A model generated the notes under the pieces. It saw only the letters and a program-made list of their open reading frames with translations, was not told where the DNA came from and ran no database searches. Of a stretch of DNA of 64,000 nt, positions 12,861-26,659 are shown piece after piece (positions within the stretch are counted from its first letter, which is position 1; each line of letters starts with the position of its first letter). The translations under genes and the position numbers were made by a program. The DNA comes from Hemiscyllium ocellatum (Eukaryota): positions 136,521,740 to 136,585,739 of the forward strand of contig NC_083401.1 in NCBI RefSeq assembly GCF_020745735.1, read 5' to 3'.

Positions 12861-15829
12861 CACATAAACATAGTTTACAGCAGCCACCAACAGGTAACAT
12901 GTTGTTATATGTGATGAATTTTTTCTGTATGCATTGTAAAGTTGTTGAAGCAGGAAAGGATAATTTAATTTTTCATCCTGCTGTTTCTGCCAGTCAATGA
13001 GATCACAGCTGAACTACAAGCTCCCCATGTTGATGATCAAAAATGCATCAATCTCACTTTTAAAATTAAGAGTTGACCTTGCATGAATTGCTATTTGTGG
13101 AAGAAAGTCTACCACCATGAAAGACAATTTCCTAATTTCACTTCTGAAAAGTCTGGCTCTAATGTTTGGACAATGCCACCACTCCTTGACTCCTCACCCA
13201 ACAGAAGTAGCTTCTCTCTAATTACACTATCTGTGATCAGGTTACCCCTTAACACTCTAAACTCAAGAGATTACAAACATGGTTCACTTAATCTTTCTTT
13301 ATAATTTAACCATTGGAGTCCAGGCATCAATCCTGGTAAACCTTCGCTGCACTTCCTCTAAGACCGACTTAAAGATCCTAGAATATGGTGTCAAGACTAT
13401 CCACTGTGCTCCAGGTATGTTCTGAACAAAAGCTTTGTACTGCTGAAGTATAACTTCTAACTCCTTTTATCGTGTTCCTCTTTTGCCAGTTTATTTATTC
13501 ACTAGATCAACTGACATTTTTATGCACTAGGCTACTACCCACACTATTTCCAATGCTGCCTATCTGTGTGGTGTTGGCAACTTTGGACGTTTGACTTTCC
13601 CATCAGCTAAACAATTAAATTAATAAATGTGGTGAATGGTTGAGTCCTCAGTATAGATCCATGCAGGATACCGCCAGTCACATCTGGAGAATTCAAGTAT
13701 CTGACCATTATCATGATCTTCTGGCGTACTCATCTCAGCCAATAGCCTGACTAAGTCAATAATGTGCCTTCAATTTTAGGAGCTTCAACATCAGCGAACA
13801 AACTGACTTGAGGGACTTAATTGAATATACCTTCTGGAAACTTGTGTCAGGATTTTCAGTCACTGCCGATGGCAGGAAGGAAGAATGGAAAGGACGGAAA
13901 AATATTAGCCCCAAAATATATGTGCTGGTTTTCCATCACCATGCCAACCATTTTGGGTAATGCCAGTTTGAGGTCCAGTTCAGCTGGCTGGAGGATTGGT
14001 GCAGTTTTACTTGTTTGAAGACAAGGACTCAATATCAGACCGTATGGAAATTCCTACCTGCCCAGATGTAGGTGCAGCCAAAGGCTCTAAAATAGAGGAA
14101 TTCTCTCACCCAAATATTCAATGTCTCTCCCCTCCACCTCTAGCCACACATACACAAACATGATGCTTTTCTATATAATTTAACTATATCTTTCAAAATA
14201 TTATTAAGACAGCCCTATAACTTGATGCTGGTTACTGTTGTTTCCAAGAAAATAGCATAAGATAACTTCAAAACAATCCGATTCTGGACAATAAAATTAA
14301 AGCCCATGCTTTACTGGAAGCATTTCTCCTCCTCACTGGCTGGTTTATGATGCGGTCCTTTGGACCTTAATTTGGAAAAGAGTGCAAACCTGTAAATATA
14401 ATTCTAAAATTCCCACTATTAAGAAGAGTTTGGTTTGAGGCTGCAATCATTTCTGCTGTGAAACAAGTATATCTCCAATGATCTTGCACCAGCAGAACTG
14501 CTTTGTTTTTTATTATCAAACATTTCCTTGAGTATTTGTTATTCAGACTGACTTATTGGCATAAGTTTAAATGGGACTGAGATCTTGCAGGGAATCTCCC
14601 ATCACAAGATAAAGTTGACTACACATTAGATATTCTTCCCCAAAATGAAGTTTCACATTGGTTGTAGTTCCACATTTGAGATCAGAGCTAGAGGACAGTG
14701 AAATGTTTCAGACTTGGCACTAATCCTTGGAATTATAATAAAAAGGAAATACGCTGCCGAGTTGAAACCTGTGAATTACAAGAAATGAGAAATCTGATAA
14801 ATAAATAATACAATTTGCACTGCTGAGCTATATTTTTGGTCATTCCAAAAAGCTACCACAAACTTTGCATAATTAACACCTTTCAGAACTAACCATGCCT
14901 CAAGTTATTATAGAGTCATCACAGGTACCGGGCAGAGTGGATCATCACCAAATGTGACTGTATGAGCAGCATTGTCAATGCAAGCAGGTTCCACAATGCT
15001 GACTAATAAACATCACTTCATGGTGTACACCAATGTTAGGCTACAACCCTTGAAATATATATGTTAAAAGCAGAAATCCTCAGATTGATGTTAGTAATAC
15101 TGCCTACTCAAATAAAAACCAACAATTCCATGTCTTAATTCAACATGCACTTTCCAACAACTCAATCAGATTCCTGAGGTAAAATGGAACACAGTTTGAG
15201 ACTGCACCTTCAACAAGTGGGAAGTGAGCGTGGAAAGATAATGACTAATGAACAACAACTGTGAAGGAACCTGTCATTGAAGCCCAGTGGCCTGCTCTCA
15301 TTAATTACAACAGATTTCTGTACAGGAAGACTCTGAATGGAGTAGAAATTGCTCAAAGGTAAGTCCAGCAGTGTGCCAATGACTGCTGGTTACACCTCCA
15401 TCATCTAGATATCCTTTGCCACAATGAATGTCAGAGACATATATAAAAGGATCAAATAGTCAACAGGTTCATCATCAATTAAAAATAGAGGTAGGAGAGG
15501 TTACCACTGACACCAAAAGCACTTGGAAAGATGTAAAATATGCTGCTTGTACGGAATATTGACACTGAAGAAGGTCCAGACTTGATCAAAATCTTGCCTA
15601 TCACAGCAGAGCTACCTATTGAATTCATGGTGCAGGATCTTAGCACAGACATTGATTTTGTGGGAAAAGCTACAAGTGTTGATATTATACAACCTGAACT
15701 CATCTGGCAGGACTTTCTGCACGAATTTCTTTGTCACTAGTGGTGGGAAAGGGCAATGGTCCAGAATAGGCACCATGCTAAGATTGCAATTTTATATCAG
15801 GACAAGGATGACCACAGGATTTGTCACTT

Positions 15830-18290
15830 TTGACCTGCTTTTGTAGCCATTGTATTTATATGGTTGGTCAAGTTTAGTTTCTGCTAACTTACAGGTTATT
15901 CAGAGAGGTAGATTTAATAATGTCAGTATCAAGGACAATGTCAAGGAGATATGGTTAGATTCTCTGTTATTGAAGATAGCCATTCATTGACACTTGCGTT
16001 GTTTTAAATGTGTTTGCCACTTACCAGCTCTAAGATGTTGTTCGGTTCTTTCTGTATATGAATACAGATTACTTCAATAACTGAGCGGTCATGAGTGGTG
16101 TTGACCATTGTCAATCTTCAGTCGATATTCCCATTTCAGAAGCTAGGTTGAAAGAAATGCAAATAATTAAATAGCTGAGGATAATTGGGACAAGGAGTTT
16201 CCTGTGAGAACTCCTGTAGAGATGGATGGCAACTAATATTTGTGACATCCAACAGCGACAATCATCTTTCTTTGTATTAACCAATGGATTCCCATTAACT
16301 CCAATTTTTCTAGGGTTCTTTGATGCCATACTCAGTCAATTGCAGTGTTGATGTGAGAGGCAGTCACTCTTACCTCATCCCTGAAGTTCAGCTCTTTTGT
16401 ACTTGTTTAGACCAAGGCTGTAATAAGGAAAAGAGCTGAGTGATCCTGGCAAAACCCAAACTGAACACCAATAAAATATTCCACTTGATACCAGAATCAA
16501 CACGTCTATTCGCTACTTTGCTGATGATTGAGAGTCAATTGGTAATATTGTAATTGGTTGGTGTAATTTGGATTGGATTTGTCCTACTCTTTTGAGACAA
16601 GATTTTTCATTGCCAAAGAGAAGCCTGTGTTGTAGGCATATTCAAACAACCAAGTCTATGGTTAGTTCTGGTGCACATTCTTTAATACTACTGCTAGAAT
16701 GTTGTCAGGGCCCATAACCTTTGCAGTTTCTTGTGTTTTTGTTCATTTCTTGATATCACATGGAGTGAACCAATTGGTTGAAGATTGACTTTGGTGATGC
16801 TGAAGGCCTCAGGCAGAGGCCGACACGAATAATCCACACAGCACTTCCGACCGAAGGATGCAAATGCATCCACCTTAGCATTTGCTGGGCTCTTCAATCA
16901 TATTTTTGGAGAATTCTCCTGTTATTTATTTATTAGTTGCTGTCACTACAATTCATGGTTCAATATAGCAGAACTACAAGGTGTAGATCTAACCCATTAG
17001 TTCTGAAGTCATCAGCTCTTTACAATATATGCTTTTTGTACTGTTTAGCATGCAAGTCATATGGTGTAACTTTGCTAGGTTGACACCTATTTTAATGATT
17101 ACCTGGTGTTAATCCTCCTGGTCTATTCAATGAACCAGGGTTGATAAATGGTAAAATGAGGGATATGACTGACCATGGGGTTACTGTTTGTGGCTGAGCA
17201 CAGACTTGGTGCTGATGGTGGCCCACAGAAACATATAGATATTCAGCTTTGAGCTGCTGAATTGATTCTGAATCTATCACATTTAACACTTTCGCAGGGT
17301 CACACAACACATTGGAGGGCATGCTCAGTATTAAGAAAGGATTTTGGTGTCTACGAGAATTGTGTGGTGGTCACTCTTACCAATACTGGTATGGACAGAT
17401 GCATCTGCAGGAGGCACGTGGTGAGGATGAGATCAAGTAGGCTCCCCCACTCTTGTTATTTCCTTCACAACTATCCAGCAGCTTTAGTACTCAGCTAGGC
17501 CAATCAGATGTAGTGTACTGTAAGGATGCAGGAAGCCTGTTTAGAAAGGTATATCCCTGGGTCTGCTTTTTGGTATTTTTAATCAACCCATTCAGAGATA
17601 TTTTTACACACATGATGGGATTTGAATTCATCTCTCAGCTCAGAGGTAGGGTCACTACCACTATGCTACAAGAAGCCTCATCTGGATTTGTTTATGTCAA
17701 TATTTTCTAATCACCCTGTTCAAAGAGTTTATTACATTCCTCTGGAGCAGGTGGGTCTTGAACCAAGATCTCTTTGCTCCAAGTTAGGAATTCTATCACT
17801 GCACCACAAGAGCCTTCTGGGTCTCTTTATGTTTTAATTTCCCTGTGGAGCTCCACAGGAAGATTAGTTAGTAATTTCTCATATGCCTTGTCGGGGTTTT
17901 CACAGTTAGCAATCCTCTCTTGGTGATAAACAGTGCCCTTGCCACCTTCTGTGCTCCTTTCACATCAAATATAACTGTTCAACACAGCTGGGAGGAAGCG
18001 GAGGATGGTAGAAAATGACCAGCAGAAGGATTCCTTGATAAGAATTTATACGTTTGTCTTCTTTATTAAGGACTCTCACAGTAACCAGCTCCTGCGTCGG
18101 TACCTTAGTGCTGCCATCTCTGGTGGGTGTCTGCTGTGGGTGGGACATGACGAGTGATGATGGTGTCTGGGATATTGTCTGTAAGGTATGGCTTGGTGAA
18201 TATGATTGTGTCAGGCTGTTGCTTGATTATTCTGGAAGTCAACCCTCACAGTTTTGCTAAAAGCCGCCAGATATTAATAAAACAGGTTGT
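15830..18290 (-). mobile_element. Old degenerate LINE remnant (same family as 3700-4660 and 57850-58680)
   Basis: Shares segments such as ttgtagccattgtatttatatgg and gatgccatactcagtcaa with 58440-58680. Family not firmly identified. Confidence 0.5.
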
Positions 18291-18644
18291 GCTATAACTG
18301 CAATATTCTTGAGCATATTCTAGTCCATGGTGATAATGGCCTTCAGGTCATCCACAGGTTTATCTACATTCTTATGATGGTTCATAATATACTGCTATTA
18401 TTTGAGAACTTAGCTTCTAAAATGGAGGAATTATGGATTTTAGTTTACCAATTCTCCAAAGGTCTAATTTATTTTTTAAAAAAACATAAATTAATTTTGG
18501 ACTTTGATAATGTCAAAACTAATGATTTTATAACTTTTAAAGCGAACTAACCAGTAAAATGCAAGAGAAGTTTTTGTTCTATTGAAACTATGTTTTCTTA
18601 TAAAGAGCATCAGACCCCTTCAGGACTGTATGGAATCCTGAACA

Positions 18645-18880
18645 ATTTAGATCCCATCTACCTTCCCTTAAAAAATAACACAAATGACATCACCCACCTG
18701 AAGATATCAAGACCTATAAGTAGAGAGGTGGGACATACCACCAGCACTTCACTGGAGACTCTCACTGATGATGTTACCCAGTCATGGTGACGAAACATCT
18801 GAAAACACGCCTTCAAGCTCAGCGAGCTAACTTACATCTATATCACCAACCTGAGCTACAAATCTTCTCAAAAATCGCTA
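18645..18880 (+). mobile_element. Penelope-like 3' end fragment
   Basis: ctgatgatgttacc...ggtgacgaaac motif in a typical PLE terminal context. Confidence 0.55.
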
Positions 18881-21329
18881 ATCATAAACAATCTTGAAAA
18901 CAACCTTGAGGAGACCTTCCCTTTGCATGCATATTCCTTTACATGAAGTAGTTTAGGAGATTTCTGAAAAATGTTAAGTTCCTCAATCTGCAAACCTTTG
19001 TGCCATATGACTTACTGGTTTGCAAATTCCACAGGGCCGTGACATAGACTATCCTTCTAACGATCTTCTTACTTCATCTCCCACCTCATCAGTTGGTTCA
19101 ATCTGATGTAACCCTTCTTAATTAAGTAAGCACACTGCCTCTACTCTCACCTTTGGGCTTCAGGAGCGTCCTCCAAGACAGCCCAGATAGTCCTTCCAGG
19201 TTCCAGGACCTCAGTACTCCCTAGTTCTCCAAAGCCATGAAACAACTGAAAGGTTTTGCTTTTTTTTCCAGCTTTACAGGAAACATCATCCACCTCGCAC
19301 TCTGGAACCCTCCATGCCCCATACTGACTCATTCAGGTGAGCAAACTAACACAATGCCAGACTCCTGGACAGTAGGACTGCACTGTTACGAATCTGCTAA
19401 CCTTTATCAGGTGCCAGATGCCACTCCCCAGTGCATATAAACCCATGGTTGGCCACCTCTGAGTGCTGCCAGAATCAAGATCCATTTCCAGTTCTGGATC
19501 TCCTTTTAATTCTCCAGAATATGTCTACTCCCCAGCCTAGCAATTGCCACAGTGTTAACAGATGTAGAAATCTCACTCATATTGACTATAGACCCAAGAT
19601 AAGGCCTTCCCAAGTAAGGTGGTGAACAAAAATGGATAACAAGGTTTGAGACAGTAAGGGCTGCCTAGGGGGTTCTGACTAAGTAATCATCTGCAAGACA
19701 GTTTTAAAACCATCAAACATTTCTTTTTGAAACCATGCACATATTGAGTGACTCAATCTTGAGGGCCTGGCTCCTGCTGCAGTTACACTCCTTTAAAGAG
19801 GAATAAAACGTCCTCACAATCCTTTCTACTCCACATGGCACTCAAAGACACATGCCCTGGTCTTACAGGTCAATATCCAGACTCCTGTCAACCGGTGCCC
19901 CTATCCCAGACACTCCCATTGTTGCTGTTCTTACGTTGAGCGGTCGTGACTAACTTCCAGCCTTGAATTTGGATTGGTGGGGGATGGGGGGAGAAGGTGA
20001 GAAACTCTTGATCTAAATCAATATCCACCCTACAGAACCAAGTTAAAAATCATACAATGCCAGGTTGTCATCAGGTAGCTGATGAAGGATCAGTGCTCCG
20101 AAAGCTAGTACTTCCAAATGAAACTGTTGGCCTACACCTGGTGTTGTGTGATCTTTAATTTTGTCCATCCCAGTCCAACACTGGCACCTCCACATCATGC
20201 CTAAAGAACTAAACTAGCATCGATACTGCAATAGCTGTCAGACACTGGAATTACCTATTAAACAAGTTCCCTCATTTTGCAAACCTATTGACAAAATCTC
20301 GAGGAGAATATGCTCTTCAAACTGAATATTTCATGCTCCTCCTCATCCTTGACAGGTTTAAGCCCATGTGTAATTATCTAGTGATGTTTGGAAACTTTTG
20401 AAAATATCTTTTCTTTTGCTTCAACCAAATGTTGCCAGTGTCACACAAGCCAGGGCTGAAATAAAATTTCTGAGGGTGCCTGGGGCTGATTTCAGTTTCA
20501 GTTTAGGATCTGTAATATGGTGAGGCCTTTAGCTGTGATGTTTGGGGGTTTGTAAAATGGTTAAGAAAATTCCAGAGTCAACTTTCCCTGTGTTGATGAA
20601 GCCGTGTCAAGTCCAGGAAATCACACTTTTTTTGATTCCAAGCATCTCTTTGAGTCAATGTTCTTTGCTTCAATGCAGTCATGGGTGGAAGGAGTATCTC
20701 ACTGGTTTGTTACAAGAACTTTAGGAAGATTTCAGGAAATCTCTAATCTCATTCTTTTACCTAATTGTAAGCAGATTTCTGATTGCTAACAAAACTCTCA
20801 GTCCATACCAATGCTACAAGAGATATCAAGCTTCTCACATTTTGGAACCCCTTGTGCTGACTTAGCCACATGAATTAATGACCACAGTCCCAGATTTATG
20901 GACATGTGTAATGCACTCACACAAATCTTCCAATTTCAATCATGAACCTGATAGTCTCTTCCTAGTCCATGCAGGCCCTCTGATGTTCACCTTGTCCCAT
21001 GCAGTTACAACACATCACTCCATGCGTTATCTAGTACTGGGTGTGGTTTTATTTCAGTACAATGTAGTGTTTCACATAGAGCTGATGAACTTTGCCCCAT
21101 CTGCCACAGCATAATTTGCCAGCTCCTGTGGCAGCAGCAGGTACATGTTGGTGTGGATATCCAGGGAGCTGATGTTACTGCACTGGTTGTAATGGGCCAG
21201 ACCAGAAGCCTCCCCCGCTCTCAAATATGATTAACAAATGAGAGCAAGAAGCTAATGGCCTTGGAGGAGATCCTAGTATTGGGCTAAACCTAATTCATTA
21301 GTGTGTAGACGTGAGTGCTATAATGTTTG

Positions 21330-21852
21330 GGCAGTACAGTTGCTCAGTGGTTAGCACTGCTGCGTTGTAGTGCCGGGGACCTGGATTTGATTCCACTCTT
21401 GAGTGACTGCCTGTGTGGAGTTGGCATATTCTCCCTGTGTCTACATGGGTTTCCTCCGGGTGGTCTGGTTTCCCCCTACAATCCAACGATTAGATTGGGT
21501 GATTTGGCCATGCTAATGTGCTTATAGTATTGAGGGATCAGTCAGGGGTAAATGTAGAGTAATGGGAATGGGCGTATTGGTTATACATTTTGGAGGGTCA
21601 GTGTGGACTTGTTGGGCCGAAGGGCCTGTTTCCCCAGTGAGGGATTCAATTAAAATTTAAAAAAAATTCTCCCTGTGTGTGTGCATGGGTTTCCTTCAGG
21701 TGCTCTGGTTTCCTCCCACAATCCAGGGATGTGCAGGTTAGGTGAACTGGCCATGGTAAGTACAGGGTTATGACGTTAGGGTGGAATCTGCTTTTTTAGG
21801 GTCAGTGCAGACTGTACGTGCCAAATGGCTTCTTTCCACACTGTAGGGATTT
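21330..21852 (+). mobile_element. HE1-like SINE plus truncated second copy
   Basis: Consensus head and body. Confidence 0.8.
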
Positions 21853-22174
21853 TTATATTCTAAATTTCTCCTCTTTTTGCCACTCTTCGCCTGAGGCCTA
21901 TTCATTACTTTCTTAGTGTCCTTCGTGGCAAATTGCTCTTCCTTTTCCTCAACCATGTTGACACTTCATCTTTGTGCTGGTAAAATCTGGAATGACTTCG
22001 GGTCCTAGATTATTTTCAAGTACTCCCAATGTTGATCCAGAGTCCAGCCTGCTATATCCAAGGGTTGTTTCCTGTACAGTTAATTTACATGAAACGCACA
22101 GAAAACATTTGTTGATGCTGGAACAACACCACTCTACAAAACCATATCAACCACTGCACTGGAACAGCTGATAT

Positions 22175-22590
22175 CATCCTTCCCAAACCACTTCATCATG
22201 ACACCGACTGAGATGACACCCTTCACACACTGTTTCATTGTGACATCAACTGCAAAGACACTCTTCCCAGAATGCTTCACTGTGACATCAACTGCGAGGA
22301 CACTCTTCTCAGAATACTTCACATGGGCACTGAACGCGAGGGCACCTTTCCCAGACTGCATCACTGTGACACTAACTGCAAGGACACTCTTCCCAGAATG
22401 CTTAACCATGACGAGGCATGTGCTTACACCCTTCCCAAACCGCTTCACCATGACACCAAATATGAGGACACCCTTCCCAGAATGCTTCACACTGACACTG
22501 ACTGCAGGGATACTGTTCCGAGACTAAATCATCGTGACACCAACTGCCAGGTAATTCTTCCCAGAATACAATTCATGACTTTCAACTCAG
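22175..22590. repeat. 42-bp degenerate minisatellite, ~10 copies (unit ~cactcttcccagaatgcttcactgtgacatcaactgcgagga)
   Basis: Unit starts at 22175, 22217, 22259, 22301, 22343, 22385, 22427, 22469, 22511 and 22553 (exact 42-nt period). Confidence 0.9.
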
Positions 22591-25155
22591 GTGTGTGCTT
22601 CCTTCATCATATAATCCCAGGAATCAGTGCCAAATGTAGACCACGACAACTGTAAAATGTTATCCCTGAGGCAATAAAAGATTCCAGAGTGCCTGGAACT
22701 GAATCAAGTTTCATTTTAGGCTTGTAACAGAGTGTTGGGCCTGCAGTTGTGCTGACTCCTCCCCCTGGGTTTGTACAGTGGTTAGTAATATTGCAGAGTC
22801 AGATTTCATTCAACTGCAGCTGGCGTTGATGAAGCAGTGTGAATTCCAGGAAATCAGATCCTTTATTCTCCATGTCGCTGTTCATTGATTGGTTGTGTCC
22901 CCACGTAGTAGTGGGTGGACGAGGTGAAAGGGCACATGCAGACAGTCAGAAGAGATCACAGCACTGTGGGTCATCCAGCAGGGACACCAATAGCTTTGAC
23001 TGTTACTCAGCCCCTATGAAATTCTGATGGTTTGACTTGCCCCACTAAGTGTTTCTGGAGTTCAACAACTTACCGATTGTGTATCCAGTTGTGAGATTAA
23101 GAGCAAGCATTCCAGCTGTCAAATCTGATGATCACCCATGCATTCCTTGATATAACATGGAATAGGTTATGCTACAAAAACAATCACAAACTTCCTCTGA
23201 ACCTGCTAAATATACTTGGGAATACTTTCTCCTGCTGTCTGTAAACAGATTATGAAGGATATAGATGGACAGATTTCTCCTGCATTCTCTGGGCTGGTTT
23301 CAGAATTCCAGCATTGTAGTATTCGCTTTTGTTTGAGCAATAATGTTTCATGTCATAGACAATTAAAATTCCATTTGGGAAATTTGGTAATCATGTTAAA
23401 AAGTCAAAGAAAATCAAATGACAACGTTTCAGTTCAATTCCAAATTAGGAATTGATTTGGTTTTCTCAGAAAAATGGTTCAGAAAAATAGTTTGTAAATG
23501 AGGACACCTTCAATTCACAGATTGTTTTTATATAAACGGGAAGCTATGAACATCCTGACACTGAGCCTAAAACTGTTGACTCTTCTCACATGAGATGATG
23601 TAATTGCACTATTCCTTCTGTCTGGGTCACAGTCCAGAGTATTCAACTCTCACAGAGGACAGGCTTGGGCTGGGGCAGCTTGTGAATGGAAGAGCAAGCA
23701 GTGCAGAGGTGGGTGTGAGGCCCAATTGAGTTTAACAACTGCATGAAGAGCCTGTTCTGTGCTGTATTGTTCTATGTTCTATGTTCTATGAGTACCACAG
23801 ATCAGGGCTGCCTCTGACCCAAAACCTTATCTATTTACACATGCAATTTACACCCATTGATATCATGTAAGCAGCATTCTAAAATGAACATATTTTACAT
23901 ATCATAACATCTATCAGTTTCAGACAGATGCTAAGATTTGATGCTTTATAAACAATACTCCTACGTTCAGTTAAAATGGCAATGAACAAAATATTCTGCA
24001 CTAAATTGGCATCAGTGTTAATAAGAATTGAATTGAACTTTAATATAAAGTTTTCATTCAAACTAGAAGTAGTCAACAATTAAAAATCTTGTCTCACTAT
24101 ATATACTTTACTATCAATATATCATATGGAATAGCAACATTCAACAGCAAAAAGAAGATTGCATCAGATTAGTTTTGACATTGCACAATTCAGGATTTCT
24201 CCACTTTCACTCTGAACTGTGTCCTCAATCTGATACACTGTTCCAAAAACACCCTGTGTAACTGAAGTATCGTAATCTCTTCTTTTGACTGCCTACTTTA
24301 CAGCTCTCTGCAATCAACAGTCAGTTCAACCATGACCATGACCCCATCTCCATACCTGACATCCACCTTTTCTTTCAACAGTCGCGGTTGGTGGTTGGTA
24401 GTGATTCTGCATTTTGTCATTTGTGCCTCGACCACTGCTCTATTATTATCTCTAACAAAAATAGAAATTGCTAGAAGTAGCTAGGAGAAGGTGGCACACT
24501 AAAGTCAGAAGTTGGGTGGATGTGGGTAAAAGAATGAGAGGATACATACAGACAGAGCCCAAAGGACGAGAAAAGCTGTTGGACAAACAAAGGGATGGGT
24601 AATGGTAAGGCAGGGAAGGAGAAAAGCTGGTGATGGAGGCCATAAGTGAATGAAAATGGGTTGGCTGTACTAAAAGCAAGCCCATGTGATGTCAATGCCT
24701 GGGGTGTGGAGGTGGGTAAAGGACATGGAAGAAGGTGCTCAGGCCCATTACTCTCTCTTCTGGCCTTGTTACATCATCCAGTTTGTCATTACATCTATCT
24801 ACAAAAGTTCTACATTTTGTTTTCTTTTTATTTCCTGTTTTCAACCAATTTCTATGTCTGCTTTCAAAACTATTACAACTTTAGGTACCCTTCAATTTTG
24901 CTGAGAATTTTTCATCCTAAAGCATGAACTGATTCCCTGTCAACAGATGCTGCCAGAATTACTGATGAAAGACTTAACAGCAATCTAGGTTTTTCTCAAT
25001 ATATCATTTCAGCTCCATTACACGGTAATCTTTTGTTATAAATTCTGTGTCTTATGATCCTGCTCCACAGCTATCTAATGAAGGAGCATTGCTTGGAAAA
25101 CTAGTGCTTCCAAATAAACCTGTTGGACTATAACCTGGTGTTGTATGATTTTTAA

Positions 25156-25500
25156 CTGTGTTCATCTTTGACTTTGTTGCTAAACAGATTTCTGCTGAAG
25201 GATCCTCTGTCTATTTTAGTACCACACTCTCTGCTTAATCAAGTTCTTCTGAAGAGAGATCCAATAAGCTCCTGTTTATTGAGGTAGACAAGCAGGGGGC
25301 TGGGAGAACACGGCAAGCCAGGCAGGATCAGGAGGTGGAGAAGTCAACATTTTGGGGGGTGACCTCTCTTTAGGACTGGGGTGGGTGTAAGGGGAGCATG
25401 TTCTTTTGTTCTGCATAATCTCAAAAAGTGAAAACCATTGAAATTGTTTCAGGGAATCTCCCTGCTCCTCAGACGACATTTTTTCATTAGTTTGAATTAT
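25156..25500 (-). pseudogene. Chemokine remnant E: promoter, 5'UTR and first codons (ATG AAC ACA) only
   Basis: Minus strand reads cagcagaaatctgtttagcaacaaagtcaaagATGAACACAG, matching the D/B 5'UTR. ATG at 25165, then interrupted by a repeat (~25020-25156). kB site GGGAGATTCCC at 25452-25462 is identical to D's. No exons 2-4 were found; the flank joins directly to sequence homologous to D's downstream region. Confidence 0.75.
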
Positions 25501-26659
25501 ATTGTCAATTTATAGATTCTTAATTAAATATGTCTGGATTTAAAATAACTCATCATAATTACATTCAGTTAGCTTCACTGTAAGGGTGCCAGATCTACTG
25601 ATTTAAAGTTATTTAATGGGTGACAGATGCAGTAATCTCCAATTTCTGCTTTCATTTTTACTGCAATATTTCAGCCTTTTACCTTCATTATGATTTTATT
25701 GATGTTCCTCATGCAAGGAGCATCAGATAATTTGTAGAGAAATCCAGTTCCTGATTTTACACCTGATCCATATACAGAAGTCAAAGAAAGCACAGACCAC
25801 TTAGTGGAAGTAAAGCCTGTGATTTACAGGAAATCTTTCTTCCTTTCACTGGCTGTATTTAATGATGTGACTCTTTCCACTGTCATGAAGATGTGCTATG
25901 TCAAATTTTGAATAATAATTTCTTTAGATGGTCATATATAGAACTTTTTAAAAACGGTGGCTTTGCAAAACAGACATGAACTTAAAGTGGCTGCTCTGTT
26001 GAGCACGCGAAGCCACATGGTATTCCATTGAGATACAAAGTCTACTGTGACCCCATTATAAGCAGGTGGCACTCCTCTAAGTATGGACAGCTCCTTCCTA
26101 ACCCATCAAAATTGTGAATGGATGAGTTATTGGGCTGAAAGGCAAGTCAAAAGAGACTGGGCTGTGATCTCTTGTGACCCTAAAGGTAACAAGGGGCTAA
26201 TCATCCCATGCTCAGCAGCAAGCCATCCTCGTGGATTGTTTCCCAGACATCTCGAGTGGTTTCTCCTTTGAACAATATTTAAGGACAAGAGGGCTCCTGT
26301 GACACAGTGGCTGGGTTTAAGTCCTATCTGCTCTGAGTTGTGTCATAATTAATCAGAACAGGTTGAATTTAGAAAAATACATAAGGACAGGGGTTAACAT
26401 AAACCCTACTGTAGTCTGCAAGTTGAACTTAACAACAAAAAGCAAATGTAAAAAAAAACTATCAAACATCCAAAGATTGCAGGTTAAGTGATGAAATTGT
26501 TCAGAGTGTTTAGCGATGTGTAGGCTAGGTGGATTAGACATGGTAAATCTGCGGTAATAGGAATATAGTAGAGGGCTGGTTGTGGATGGGTTACTGGGAA
26601 GGTCGGTGTTGTCCCGATGGGTCAAATGGCCTCTTTCTGCACTGTAAGGGTTCAATGAT

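Noticed and set aside
22134-22655. Overlapping ORFs with 14-aa repeats; also considered as a CRISPR-like array
   Set aside because: The 42-nt unit is a multiple of 3, so several frames stay open by chance. There are no splice signals or domain. Units are homologous along their whole length with no unique spacers, and the context is eukaryotic.
24646-24927. 93-aa ORF nearly identical to 60902-61183, suggesting a conserved gene
   Set aside because: Similarity is explained by the inverted duplication of repeat-derived DNA. The ORF starts at a non-ATG codon and has no protein-like features.
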